This document shows, piece after piece, positions 1 through 12,467 of a stretch of DNA of 64,000 nt. Both the position numbers and the translations under genes were made by a program. Origin of the DNA: Laetmonice hystrix (lineage: Eukaryota); assembly GCA_965235115.1 (NCBI GenBank), contig OZ249436.1:19904001-19968000 (forward strand), in the 5' to 3' direction. The notes beneath the pieces are model-generated. The model saw only the letters and a list, made by a program, of their open reading frames with translations. It was not told the origin of the DNA and did not search any database. Each line of letters begins with the position of its first letter. Within the stretch, counting starts at the first letter, position 1.

Positions 1-3000
1 AATAATGCAGTTCATATCTACTAAGCAATTAGTGGTTGGATTTTGATGATAATCTCCATTGTCAAGATGTATCTGCAAAGCTTCAGCAAACAGTCTAAAA
101 ATGTATCAAAACGTGTGTTTTTTAGCCCCCAACCCAAAGGAGTGGGGGCTTCTGATTCACCCTCCGTCTTGACGTCCGTTTCTCAGAAGTGTATTGGGTT
201 TTTTTATATAGTTCAAAATGGTCACTCAACAGCTGTCTTGGATGTAAACTCATTTCGAGCAGTAACTTAGACAAAAGATTCCGATTTCTTTCAGATTTGG
301 TGCAGAGAAGAAGCACATGAGGGGCAATTTATAACCTACTCAGCAGAAAAACCCACAAAGTTACATGACATGACATGACAGACATTTGACATGAAATTTC
401 AAGGGGAGGACCCCCTCCCCCCGCATGCACGCCTCGAGCCCTCGGCGCTGGCAGTACGGTCACATGATTTCCAGTTCCCCCCCCCCATTTTTTTGAGCTT
501 CCGACATCCCTGAAATGGTGGACATAAAAGATACTAGCTACTGAAATTCGGACTCCTGACCCCGACTGTGTTTCATCATTGACTCAATAATCACCAATAA
601 TGCTCAGTATTCTGAGCAAACTTTGCAAACATATTGGCCAATGCATATACTGAAAGATTGATTTCATTATGTGTCCCAAAGGGCAATTAAAATGTTCACT
701 TTCTTACTTTGTGCGTTTATATTTTTGTTCAGTATATATGGTAATGTATGCTTAGTTCAGAGCAAATAATTATGGCAACATGGCAGCCATATTTCTTTTT
801 TGACCCTCGAAATAACACTGTTTTGGCTCATATCTTGAAAATAATGTAAGATAACACAATAGTTACTATTATTGACAGACATGGGTGTGTGGTAACTCTT
901 TGGGTTAAGAGGTGCAGAGGGGTTGATTTGCCCGAAATTTCTCCGTCCGATTTGTTTTCTTTTTGCTCTGCCTAAATTTTCACCACTGTTTTGCCTGAAT
1001 TTAGGGGGGAGGGGCCCCCCGCCTCGTACGCCTATGTTGACAGATAGGAAGTCATATATTAAGTCCGTTTGAGGCCATTTTCCAAGACCTTTACAGGTCA
1101 ATCCAAGGTCATGAATATTTTCAATGGCCTGTAACAGTTCATGATAATGACATTAAGGGACAATCTAAGAACCAGGCAGGTCAAACATATTTTTTATATC
1201 ATTCAAAATGGCCCCTTGGTGGCCATCTTGGATATAAACACATTTGGAGTAACAAAATTGTCTGAATTTCTTTCAAACTTGGTGACAAAGGAAGGCATAT
1301 GAAAGGCAGCAAGCGTGCATTTTTTTGCGTTAGTGTTCAAGACAAACGAAGGTGAGCAAGTCATATTATAAAGTTTCATTTGTCAGTATTTCCCTTTACA
1401 TTGAGTGACCTTGTGAGGTCAATCAAGGTCAGAGACATTTTCGACAATTCATATCTAGAAAACACTTCAAGGTAACCACTTACTACAAATGGTGGATGAA
1501 AACATATATGAAGTTTCTTTGTGACTTATGTATCAAAGATGTTCTCACATTGTCTGTATCTCAAAATTGATTTCTGGACCCACAGATAATTAGGCCTAGT
1601 GCCTACCCAGTTGGAGACTGTGACTACGACGTTTGCTTGTTTTATCATCTTTCTCGTGATATTTATTAGGCTAAATAGTTAACTGTCCTCACCGCACTTT
1701 GAAAAGGTAGCTGATTATTTGAGTAAACTTAAAAATACATTGTACGTAACTTCGAAAATAAAACACTTACCTGTCACCTATAGTAACCTATTGACATGTG
1801 AAGACACACTGTTCCTACAGTACTGCAGTATGATGATATTTGTTAACTAGGATTTGGGCCGAAGCTATTAACAGATAACAGCAGGAGTTTGAATTTGCCT
1901 CGGGGCGCTGCAACTGACGTCCCATAATAGTCCCAAGTCCTGGGGAATCCCATGCTAACTTCTGGTATAGCTCCACCATATTTGATCATCATCATAGGCT
2001 TGCTTTGTAAATGCAACAGAATCAGCTTAAAAGCTGAGAAAGAAGGAGTTGGACAGAACACGTGACAGTGCTTGTCTGTCGGCACTATCATGGATCGGTG
2101 GATGACCCTGAAAACCCACACTCCGATCAGCCTCAACTTTGAGCCACTAAAACTCAGCGTGTGAAAAACTAGCTTTGGTGCTCAACAGGCGCGCATCAGG
2201 GAATTCCCCTGTTGCCAGGTTCTCCAAAATGGCCAAGCGGTTCGAAGATAGGAGTATAGATTGCAACGGAGTCAGCTGAGAGTTCTTACATTACAATTGA
2301 TTGGTCTCACTTCAATTTATTTGAGTTTTACATGTGACTCTAAGCTGATTTATATGGCAGGGGGTCGATATTACAGGTTTTAAAAAACATTGTCCACGTA
2401 CGGTTTGTTATAGGGCAGCTTTTATTGTCAGATGAAAATAAATTTATCAACCAGATATCATGTGAGGTTACTTTACTCCTGGGTTACACGGTGCCTGCCA
2501 AATCTGCAGAGCTACATTCCAGAACAAGAGTAACCTACATCAGCACCTTCGAAATCAAATGTGCGAGTCCTAGTCAAGTATAGCCTCAAAGCTCATACAC
2601 GGGGTGGGCACACCAAACTGTCAAGTTAAACCGATCATTTCCAGCCAAACCTTTGACAAGCCTCTTAGGGAATGTACTTGCCACGCCACTGGCAAAAAAT
2701 AAGACATTGAGTAGAGAGCTCTGACCACAGAGGGCTAGCGGTCCACAGAATCAATAAAATAATGCAAATCCATTTCTGCCATAAAAGGCCACACTTTTTC
2801 ATCGTTTGGTTTATGGGCACCCTGCAAAGTTACCAAAATACGGAGGGCAAATAAACTTCCTTCCGCTTTACTCCCCCCCTCAACTTTGATGATACTTACA
2901 TTAACATGTCGGCGGGGAAAAGAAATTGCACACCTAAACCACTAGTAATACACTTAAACCCCTCCATAGGGCTCCTGGGGCCTTAATATTGATTACTGGC

Positions 3001-3852
3001 TAGGGCATAGGCCTAGACGGTCCCTGGCATAGGCCTAGAGTATAGGCTAGGCAAAGACACTGGGGAATGTCGAACGAGCTGGAAACAGATTTTGTTCCAA
3101 TCTGTAAAAAGTAAAAGTAAGTAAGGTCTAACATGCAGATACTTACGCCAGCTGATGTGGGCAGGATTAAAAAAAACGTAAATTTATTTTCTGTGTGTTT
3201 TGACTGGCACATCGGGAAGTTCCGCGGGAATAAAAAAGTGATTTTTTCCAATTTTATTTTTTTTTCTACTTTTGCATTTTCCCATGTCGGCGGGCCCATA
3301 AACCAAACAATAAAAATGTGTGGCCTAAGTAATGAATCGTAAGGATTTTTATAATAATTTCCTTTGTAAAGATAAGGCTTTTTATTGGATGTGTATGTGT
3401 GGTACATTGAGCAATACATAATAAAATTCTTAATTTCAGAATGACAGGCCTTCTTTAATTTTTTTTGTTTTTTTTGCATGCTGAGACGAAGGGTAGCTGG
3501 TTATTCTAGTAAACGATTGAAGATTTCAAAATTATGAATCCTGCATGACATAACAAATCAGTAGCCCCTTTAGCAGACTGTATTTATGTAGGCCTACTAG
3601 TAATTTAAGGACTCAAGAGGGATGGCTTTTACTCTGAAGTGATTTTTTGCCGATTCTCCTACTTGGTGTATCCAACCCCTTGGAGGCTTTATACAGATAC
3701 AGCAGGACGACAGCCCGCTTTCTAGTTAACACTCCCACATTTCGGGAGCCGAGTGGAACACACCGTTCCCGGCCAATAAAATGGTCACGGAAGGTCCACT
3801 GACTACAAGAATGTATATAAATATGATTACCAAATTGCTGGTTATGTTTCAG

Positions 3853-4269
3853 AGCTTGCAGCCGAAGTTGGAAACCCTGGATCACAGTGAGCAATTGACT
3901 TCTTCCGTACACCAGGTAGGAGAGTGTTGGCAATTGTACAGATTTAAAGTGGAGAATCAGTTCCAGCCTAGCCCGATTCGTCCCCCTCACTGGGTTCTTT
4001 CAAGTCCATACTCCATACCTGTTGCAGACAACGGTCAGAGGCAAAACCCTCCGATGCTGACACCTGGCACCGCATCACCAGGCCAGGCAAAATTTACGTG
4101 TGTCATTTGTGCAAGGACTTTCAAACTTTATGAATACTTGAGGATCCATCTGCGAACACACACAGGTGAAAGGCCATACACCTGCAGCGTGTGTCGCATG
4201 GCTTTTAAAACTAAGAGTCATCTCAACAGGCACTTCAAGTGTAAACACACGCCAGACGATAATGGCTGA
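3853..4269 (+). CDS. Terminal exon encoding 2 C2H2 zinc fingers (no own N-terminus)
   Basis: Acceptor ttatgtttcag|AGC at 3852/3853 in phase 0; [25 protein letters not shown]; stop at 4269; AATAAA at 4274-4279. Confidence 0.8.
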   Translation, partial: SLQPKLETLDHSEQLTSSVHQVGECWQLYRFKVENQFQPSPIRPPHWVLSSPYSIPVADNGQRQNPPMLTPGTASPGQAKFTCVICARTFKLYEYLRIHLRTHTGERPYTCSVCRMAFKTKSHLNRHFKCKHTPDDNG

Positions 4270-4733
4270 TTTCAATAAACACTGGCAGATCTAGGATGGC
4301 CAAGGACGTAGGCCTAATCAACAAAGGGAGACCAGTCTAGGCTGAACGTCGTAGCCAGTGGAGGCATCGCTCTTGTAAAACCAGGAGGACCAATCAGCAA
4401 GGGCAAGAGATCTGACCGAATGGTTTGGCCAAAGACAAGAAATTCTCGATTCATAGTTTCACTATGTCTACTTGATGTTCTGGAGGAAATCTAACAGGAA
4501 ATGTGAACATATTCAGAAAACTCTTTATGACTGTTAGGTCTCCAGTGCATTTATTTAAAGTACACGTATTCATATCCTGCTTATACTGTAGGCCTTTGTT
4601 TATTTTTGGTGGCCTACTGCAGTGCATCATGTTCTTCATTAAAGTATTGCTGTAATGTACTCTATAGAGTCATGGTGCAGACAAGGATCAAACACTTGTT
4701 TAGTGACAAAAAGCTGTATGGCAAATGTTGCAG

Positions 4734-5037
4734 GCAAGAGGCAATTGGATGGAACCCACACATCCCCAGACGCAGAAATCGCAAATCTTGTTCAGCACGT
4801 ATCAGTACCAAAGTATAAATTGTTCTGAGAGTCTGCAACACCGAGTCATGAAAACGTTAACGGTTTGCCTGCCAAACGTGCGGCGCCACATTCTCAAACA
4901 AGAGTAACCTTCAGCGGCACCTTCGGACCCACACGGGCGAGAAACCCTATGTCTGTAGTGCCTGTGGTACAGCTTTCTCCCAGTCCAATAATCTCAAGGC
5001 TCATATATGGCGCGGGCACACCCAACTACCCAGTTAA
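4734..5037 (+). pseudogene. Decayed C2H2 zinc-finger terminal exon (2 fingers)
   Basis: 4861-5037 reads [53 protein letters not shown]; preceded by in-frame TAA (4858-4860) and out of frame with the candidate acceptor gttgcag| at 4733; AATAAA at 5051. Confidence 0.7.
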
Positions 5038-5148
5038 AACGGGTTTTTACAATAAACCTTTGACAGGCCTCTGATGGAATAAATTTGCCTCAACACTTGC
5101 AACATAATGAGGCAGTGCCATGACAACAAAGAGCAATTGGAGCAGCGG

Positions 5149-6980
5149 AATAATGCGGTTTATATCTACTAAGTAATTACTGGTTGGATTTTGATGATAA
5201 TCTCCATTGTCAAGATGTATCTGCAAAGGTTGACCAAACATTCTTTACAAATGTATCAAAAGGGGGGGATTATACATTTCTTCATGCGGTATACCTTGAA
5301 CTAGGTATAACCCCTTAACATCAAAATAACAGGCCTTCTTTAGTTTTATTTTGCATGAATGTGGAAATGAAAATCCGTGTTTTAATTATTAAATAGCTAA
5401 CTGTCCTCACTGCACTATGAAAAGGTAGCTGATTATTTGAGTAAAGTTAACGATTGGAGATGGATGAAATGCCCTTTTTGTTATAGGACAACCTGTATTA
5501 TCAGATGAATATTTATCAAACAGATATCGTGTGGAGTTACTTTACTCATGAGTTATTCATGAACATTTAAACGTTGCATTCAGCGCTGTAGTCCTGCTAC
5601 ATCAGATCGAATTCCTGCTTGGGTAATTTAGGAAGCACATTGCATTATGGTACTCGAGCAGTTACAGTGCCCGTTATTTCCAGCCAAACCTTTGACACGC
5701 CTCTTAGGAAATGTACTTACCACGCCACTTCCGAAAAAATAAGACATTGAGTAGAGAGCCCTGACCACAGAGGGCTTGCAGTCTGCCAAATCAATAAAAT
5801 AATGCAAATCCATTTCTGCCATAAGTAATGACTCGTTTCCATTTTATGACAATTTCCATTGTCAAGATATATCGCTAAAGGGTGAGCGAGTGGATTGTAC
5901 AAATTTGACAAAACAGCCTTTTATTGGATGTGTATGTGTGGTACAATATAATACAATACATAATAAATTAAACTCTTAATTTCAGAATGACAGGCCTTCT
6001 TTATTTTTTTGCATGCTGAGACCAAGGGTAGCTGGTTATTCTAGTAAACGATGGAAGATAGACAGTGCCCTGTTAGTCATAAGAAAGCTTTTTCATAAGA
6101 AATACACTCATTGAAGATACCGCGTGAGATCTTCTCTGTCTGGGGGTTCAATGGCATAATGATATAATAATTAGTGAAAACTTGGGACTCCGTTTCAAAA
6201 TCATGAATCCTGCATGACATAACAAATCAGTAGCCCTTCTAGCAGACCGATTTCATGTACTGGTAATTTAAGGATTCAAGAGGGATGACTTAGTATACCC
6301 TGAAGTGATCGTTTGCAGGTTCTCCTACTTGGTGTATCCAACCCCTTGGAGGCTTTATACAGATACGGCAGGACGTCAGCCCGCTTTCTAGTTAACACTC
6401 CCACATTTCGGGAGCCGAGTGGAACACACCGTTCCCGGCCAATAAAATGGTCACGGAAGGTCCACTGACTACAAGAATGTATATAAATATGATTACCAAA
6501 TTCCTGGTTATGTTTCAGAGCTTGCAGCTGAAGTTGGAACCCCTGGATGACAATGAGGAAATAACTTCTTCCGTGAACCCAGTTCAAGAAGCGTGTCAGC
6601 AATTATACAGAGTCAAAGTGAAGAATCAGTGCCAGCCTAGCTTGATTCATCCCCCTCACTGGGTTCTTTCAAGTCCTCCCCGTTTCCTGTCACAAGACTC
6701 CATGCCTGTTGCAGACAATGGTCAAAGGCAAAACTCTTCAATGCTGACACCTGGCACCGCATCACATGATCCACACCAGGCAAAATTCATGTCTTTCAAG
6801 TGTTTCGTTTGCACGAAGACTTTCAAACTTGCCGAGTACCTGAAGACCCATCTGCGAACTCACACGGGTGAAAGGCCATACACCTGCCGCCAGTGTGGCA
6901 TGGCTTTTAAAACAAAGAGTAATCTCAACAGGCACTCCAAGAGTAAACACGCGCCAGACAATGATGGTTGGTTTCAATAA
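5149..6980 (+). repeat. Second copy of a segmental duplication (first copy 1-4280, interrupted by insertions)
   Basis: Collinear matching blocks: 1-120~5149-5260, 1670-1730~5390-5450, 2400-2790~5480-5825, 3380-3520~5920-6060, 3525-4280~6195-6980. Confidence 0.85.
6519..6980 (+). CDS. Terminal exon encoding 2 C2H2 zinc fingers (paralogue of 3853-4269)
   Basis: Acceptor ttatgtttcag|AGC at 6518/6519 in phase 0; [25 protein letters not shown]; stop at 6980. Confidence 0.8.
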   Translation, partial: SLQLKLEPLDDNEEITSSVNPVQEACQQLYRVKVKNQCQPSLIHPPHWVLSSPPRFLSQDSMPVADNGQRQNSSMLTPGTASHDPHQAKFMSFKCFVCTKTFKLAEYLKTHLRTHTGERPYTCRQCGMAFKTKSNLNRHSKSKHAPDNDGWFQ

Positions 6981-7536
6981 GGTTGATGTTTTTACCAAAT
7001 CAATGATTTTAGCCATTTGTATTTACACAACAGTCGCCGTATAGAAACGTCAAAACCTCTTTCACGAAAATACGCATAGTTATGTATCTCTGTCTCTATT
7101 TCTTGAACTCTCTCTGGTCCGTGTTCATTTTGCTATGACTGTAGGGTTTTGATATAGATAGATCTATAGGCCTACATTTATTTAGAATACCTGTTACCTG
7201 CCTCTGTTTTTTTTCTAGGCGACATCTTTTTTTTATTTTTTGCTTTTCTGATTTCTAATCTGCACAGTCCATCTAGGCCGGTAGAATGGACAGGACCCGG
7301 CTAAAACATGATAAAGCGTTGCAAAGAACATCGATTGAACTTGATTACAAGACGTATGACCTGCTACTGCATGTGACACGCCACTTGTCATGATGCATTA
7401 GGAAAGGGATATAATACACCATGCTCAAATGACGGACCTCGTACATCCCGACATGCAGCACAGGAAACCAACGACTGAGTTGGTTGACTACACTTTAAAA
7501 AGCGTTGATGGTTCTCTATTTCCTTGTGTGTTGTAG

Positions 7537-7878
7537 GCGTTACTTGGACAATGCCAACGGCCCAACATGAGGAGCATGGAAGGAGGAGCTCACTGGAGTG
7601 AAGTTGGCCTGCTTCGTCCGTTTAGATGTAGCCTCTGCCCACGTGTCTTCAGAAGGAAAGAACAGCTAAAGCTGCACTTCAGGACTCATACCGGCGAACG
7701 GCCACACAAATGCCGAATTTGTTTTGCCTCATTTTCAAGGCCGAGTAACCTAAGTGCGCACATGCGCATTCATACGGGGGAAAGGCCCTTTGTTTGCAAC
7801 ATCTGCCACATGAGATTTTCACAGTCTAACAACCTTAAAAGACATATGAAATGTCACGTTGATGAACATATAACTTGA
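7537..7878 (+). CDS. Terminal exon encoding 3 C2H2 zinc fingers
   Basis: Acceptor tttccttgtgtgttgtag|GCG at 7536/7537 in phase 0; three canonical fingers with HTGERP linkers; stop at 7878. Confidence 0.85.
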   Translation, partial: ALLGQCQRPNMRSMEGGAHWSEVGLLRPFRCSLCPRVFRRKEQLKLHFRTHTGERPHKCRICFASFSRPSNLSAHMRIHTGERPFVCNICHMRFSQSNNLKRHMKCHVDEHIT

Positions 7879-7921
7879 AGTTATGTCTATCTGAGAAGGC
7901 CACCTAGCGTCATTAAGTGTT

Positions 7922-7990
7922 GAGAGAGAGAGAGAGAGAGAGAGATAGAGGTAGAGGTGAGAGAGAAAGAGAGAGAGACAGAGAGAGAAA

Positions 7991-8021
<31 letters not shown>

Positions 8022-8035
8022 GGAGAGAGAGAGAA
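7922..8035 (+). repeat. (GA)n microsatellite, imperfect
   Basis: Direct reading of gagagaga... tract. Confidence 0.95.
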
Positions 8036-8901
8036 ACAGAGCAGGCCTGCCAGTGCCCCTCTTCCTCAATAGATTTTTCATAGGTTTCGAAAACAAAATA
8101 TTTTTTAAAGGTTTTTAATGTGGCAAAATAAAGGTTTTTAGGGTTAAATTTTTCAGAATGAAGTAGTGAAAATACAGCGAATTGCTCACCCGTGCTGTGA
8201 ACATTTGAAAATGGGAAACCAGAACATCTTCGGGGGCTAACAGAAGAAGTGGAAATCGCCAAGCGCGGAAGGCGCTACGTCCGCAACAGTCGTAGGCTGA
8301 CGCGTGGTGTGCCAAACACGAGAAACCTTATGGCAGAGTAAAAATATAGGTTTTTATAGGTTAGGTATATAGGTTTCGCTGGGAGGCCTGAGATAGAGAT
8401 CGAGATATTCCGCATTGCTTTGGATTTGTATGAATGCGAGGCAGAGAGATTCCGCATTGCACGTGTATGAATGCGAGGCAGAGAGATTGCACATTGCTTT
8501 GGACGTGTATGAATGCGAGGCCGTTCAAGTCAGCAGGCTGCCGAATAGTCCGGTGGAAGGCCTTTTCTTTTTGTAACGCTATGGGGTGGAAGTGGTCCGG
8601 CCGCGGGGGATTCTTCTATATTCTTACGTGTGACGTCACGGCAGTTTCCCGACTTGAGCCTGCAAGACGCAGGATGGGGCGTTGGCCTTACTGACACCCT
8701 TCGAGCCCCTGTGGATTCCCATCATAGGGGAATGCATTTAATACTCGATACATGTTCCATTCTCTGGTCAGCGTCAATTTAAATCTGCTGTGTTGACGCT
8801 GATCCAACGAGCGGGTAAAGCTATATTTAATTGTAATCAGTGACATCATTTTGAACCAATCATAGACGGGCACTGGAACTTCTTAGGTTTACCGGTGTTT
8901 A

Positions 8902-9245
8902 CCGGTGTCGTAGTCTGAAATCTCCGCCGGTCTGCAATCTCCGGGTGTAGATCTATGGGTTCCTATTTAGAGACCGAACCTGACTAAGTGAGCACGTGCA
9001 TGTCGCAGTTTGGACTGACACCTCCGGTCGTCTGCTACCTGATGGGCTTTCTTCCAGACAATAATAAACGACAGCCTGGATAGGAAAATTATGGACCAAA
9101 GCTGACGGAGGAGAAAAGGGTTACGTGGGACTCAATCCAGGCCTAATATTTCGGATAGTTTACCGAGAACGATACAAATACCCACGACTCTGCAGCAAAC
9201 CTCCCAGAGATTTCAGACCGCAGCGAAAACAGACCACGACACCGG
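8902..9245. mobile_element. MITE-like element, unclassified
   Basis: Terminal inverted repeats CCGGTGTCGTAGTCTG (8902) / CAGACCACGACACCGG (ends 9245), 1 mismatch. Confidence 0.55.
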
Positions 9246-9301
9246 CAACATATCATCGTGGTCTGGTAACTGTCAAAACTACTGAGTGCACTGAAACATA
9301 A

Positions 9302-10135
9302 GGACGTCATCCACTTGCGTTGCGATGGCTTCCGCGCGTCTGCGATTTTCTCTCTCTCGGAAGCTTCAGAAGTACGTACAAGTGCTTGTAAGACTGCATA
9401 AGGAATCGTAGGCTTGCGTAACCCGCATTAGCACTTGTAAGAAAATTGGAAAGCATAATCCACTTGTATAGGGTTTTGAGAGCTCTTCCGATCGTCAGAG
9501 GACATCAAAATGGAGGCCGAGGAAGTTTTACTGGTTGCCCTCACCTTCGCCTTTTTGGCCGAAGGTGAGGAACAAGAAATGGAAGAAGAGGAAAGAGGAC
9601 AAAAAAGAAAACATAAAATTTGGGTCCGGGAATGGATCAACAATTGAACAAACGGGAATTTGGAATCGCTTCCAAAATTTTCTTTGTGGGTTTTTCCTCT
9701 GATGAAGTCGCCTTTCGCCTCGTGGCTGTCGCCATCTTGAAAGTTCAAGGCTGTTGCACGGAAATACGCGATTTGATTGGTCAGTTATCATTTGATGGTG
9801 CTGCCCCCTAGGTTTTTGGGTTCGCTTTAGACCTTCCGCACTCTTCCGAGTGCTTACGAACTCTTTATGCATCTCCCGATATCTTATGCGAGGCCACACA
9901 CTATGCACTCTTCCGATAATATCAAACATTTTTGATCTGCTCGTAAGGAGGTCCCGAGAGCGCTCTGGCACTCGTAAGACGTCTGAAGCCCTCGGAACAC
10001 TCGTAAACTCTTGTAATGCGTGATTCACGTAAAATGAATGCGTGCCTTCCCGATTTGGAATTTTTCGCTCAGAACAGCTTGTAAGACCGCGCAAGGGGTG
10101 AATCGGAAACATCGCAACGCAAGTGGATCAGGTCC
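9302..10135 (+). mobile_element. Non-autonomous PIF/Harbinger internal-deletion derivative
   Basis: TIRs GGACGTCATCCACTTGCGTTGCGATG / CATCGCAACGCAAGTGGATCAGGTCC with TAA/TTA-like flanks; ATG at 9510 gives MEAEEVLLVAL...KRKHKIWVREW, typical of a Harbinger transposase N-terminus. Confidence 0.7.
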
Positions 10136-12467
10136 ATTAGGCTCATGTTGCTCGATAGCTGATTAAGCTAATTGAATAAAGTTTTCTGTACAGGAACCTT
10201 AACTTGTTGTCTTTCAGACAATGTCAAACTCATTTGTGGGAAACTATTTTTATTAGGGAAAAAGACCACTGGCGGATCCAGGGGGGTCACATGGGGTCCG
10301 GACCCCCTAAAATTTCATGGCGCCCCTCCTGTCGATCATGAATTCGGACCCCACACCCACAGCAAACTCTAAAATAGGCGACAGCATTGTAGGCCCAGTG
10401 GCGGATCCATTGGGGCCGTCGCAAGATAAAAACCACCTAAAAATATTTTTGCCTTGCGTATGTTCATGCCGATATCGTACTTCTGCACATAGCAGGATTA
10501 CTCAATTATTTACATTTACATGTGTTTGTGTGGGTATGAGATATTTAATATATCTAGATGTAGTGTATATAGAACAAGTTTTATACCTCAAAGTTTTATC
10601 CTTTATAATATACAAGATCTCAGTAACTCCAGAGAACCCTCATTATATATTCATACACTCTTCCTCTAGAGGCTATTCAGGGACAACACTCCACTGGACG
10701 TAGTCCTCCAGCCAACTCGCTCCTTATACATGTGTATGTCGATCTGATATGTTCTATACTGGTCATCATCCGTGCTGTAGACTCAAGTCCCCTTGGTCTG
10801 CAGCATAGATTTGCCACACCCAGGCGGAAATTTCCAATCACTCTTTCCCCCAAATAAGGGCATGATTTTGAGTGCGGTGTGTGCACCCCAGCAACACACC
10901 CTGTACCCTACCTGATATAAAACCCCCCAAACCTAGAGTGTAGGGGAGAGACGGGACTTTACACCACTGGCTTACGGTCACGTTAGTATAGGAGGTGGCG
11001 GCCATTTACGATGGTCCACACCATCCTACTCCCGTCTTCCACTATATTTCCTTCTGCCGCCTGGGTGAGTGACTGAGATTTTATATCCATTTGTTCAGCA
11101 GAGATCTTGACCGGTGACTATACTTTTGGTGCCTTCCTTCCGCATTTTTATATTACTTCATTTGTACGGTTTGTTATACGGACGGTGTTTCCACATGTGC
11201 CCCGATACATTTTTATCTTCGTTAAAGTAACCGCTCTCCCAAAACTCCCCATTCTTGTGGTTATTTTAATACCCAGAGGTCGTACTCGTACGTCACCTAG
11301 AGGCAAAGTTGTGTTGCTGTTGAACTTGAAGTCCTTTTTGGGGGGCCCAATGTTAGCCTACTATCTCGTACAGAAGGCTTTTTTAAATAATTTTGTTGGA
11401 ATCCTATAGTGTCGGGGGCATCTTCATCCCCTCCAAAAAAAGAGGAAAATTTTGGGGGCCTGCATGGGCAGGATCCCCCAGTGAATGGAGGAAATGTAAT
11501 GAAATTGTCTGTGATTGAATTTTTGCGCTGTGGCACCGCCACTGATGCCTACTTCAGACTTTTGACATTGGTCATTGAATAGCTTATTCTTGTCTCCAAA
11601 ATGCATCGGATTTCACCAAATTACACCTTGAATTTCAAAATTTTCCCGGGGGCATGCCACCGGGCCCTCCGACAATGCTTTGCGCCTTCGGCGCTTGCAG
11701 ACTTCGACTTTGGCGCTCGTACAGTCACACCCCTAAAAACGTTGGCCCTCCCCTACTTGAAAACCCTGGTTCCGCCCTTGCCTCTTTGATAGGCCTCACA
11801 ATACTCGGCCTATTGCCAAAGCTACACAAATGAGAGAATTGTAAAACGCACAGAATGGGATGCTATAGCACACATGGCCCATCATTTCAAATGCGGGTTT
11901 GCCTTTAACTTCAACCATTGAGTCCACTGAATTTAGCTCAAGTCCTTCTGCAAAGCATATTCAGGTAATTTTTCAAAACAAGCGGGCACTTCAACATCGT
12001 CACGGCCGGCAGCCATTTTAAATAAACGATGGCAGCGGCTATTATCTAAGAAGGGGGTCTGGATCTCGGGCCATAATGGAGGAGTGCTTGGCTTCGTGTG
12101 TGACAATATGCTCCCCTTCTGGCCTTCAGTGCACATGCGCATTATGACTAACAACATTGCAGGCAATGGAAATCAAACTGCTCTGTTGCCATTTTCAAAC
12201 TGATTTATTAAAAATATGGGATAAAAACCAAGAAAAAGTGAGCAGCACCAAAAATCGTGTTTCTTTTTCGGAGGAAATAACAGGACGACAATCTCCCAAC
12301 CACACACCCCCTCCCCCCCCCCCCCAAAAAAAAATTATTTTTGTTCTCATCCTGTCTTTTATGGGTTTTTCTTTTTTATTTAATTCTTTCTTTTTAATTT
12401 TTTATATTTTTTTTCTTTCATTGATTTTTTTGGGGGTGTCATTTTTTTTCTTTCGTTCGTTTCAGGC

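Noticed and set aside
7819..8262. Ser-Leu repeat ORFs
   Set aside because: Artefact of the (GA)n microsatellite.
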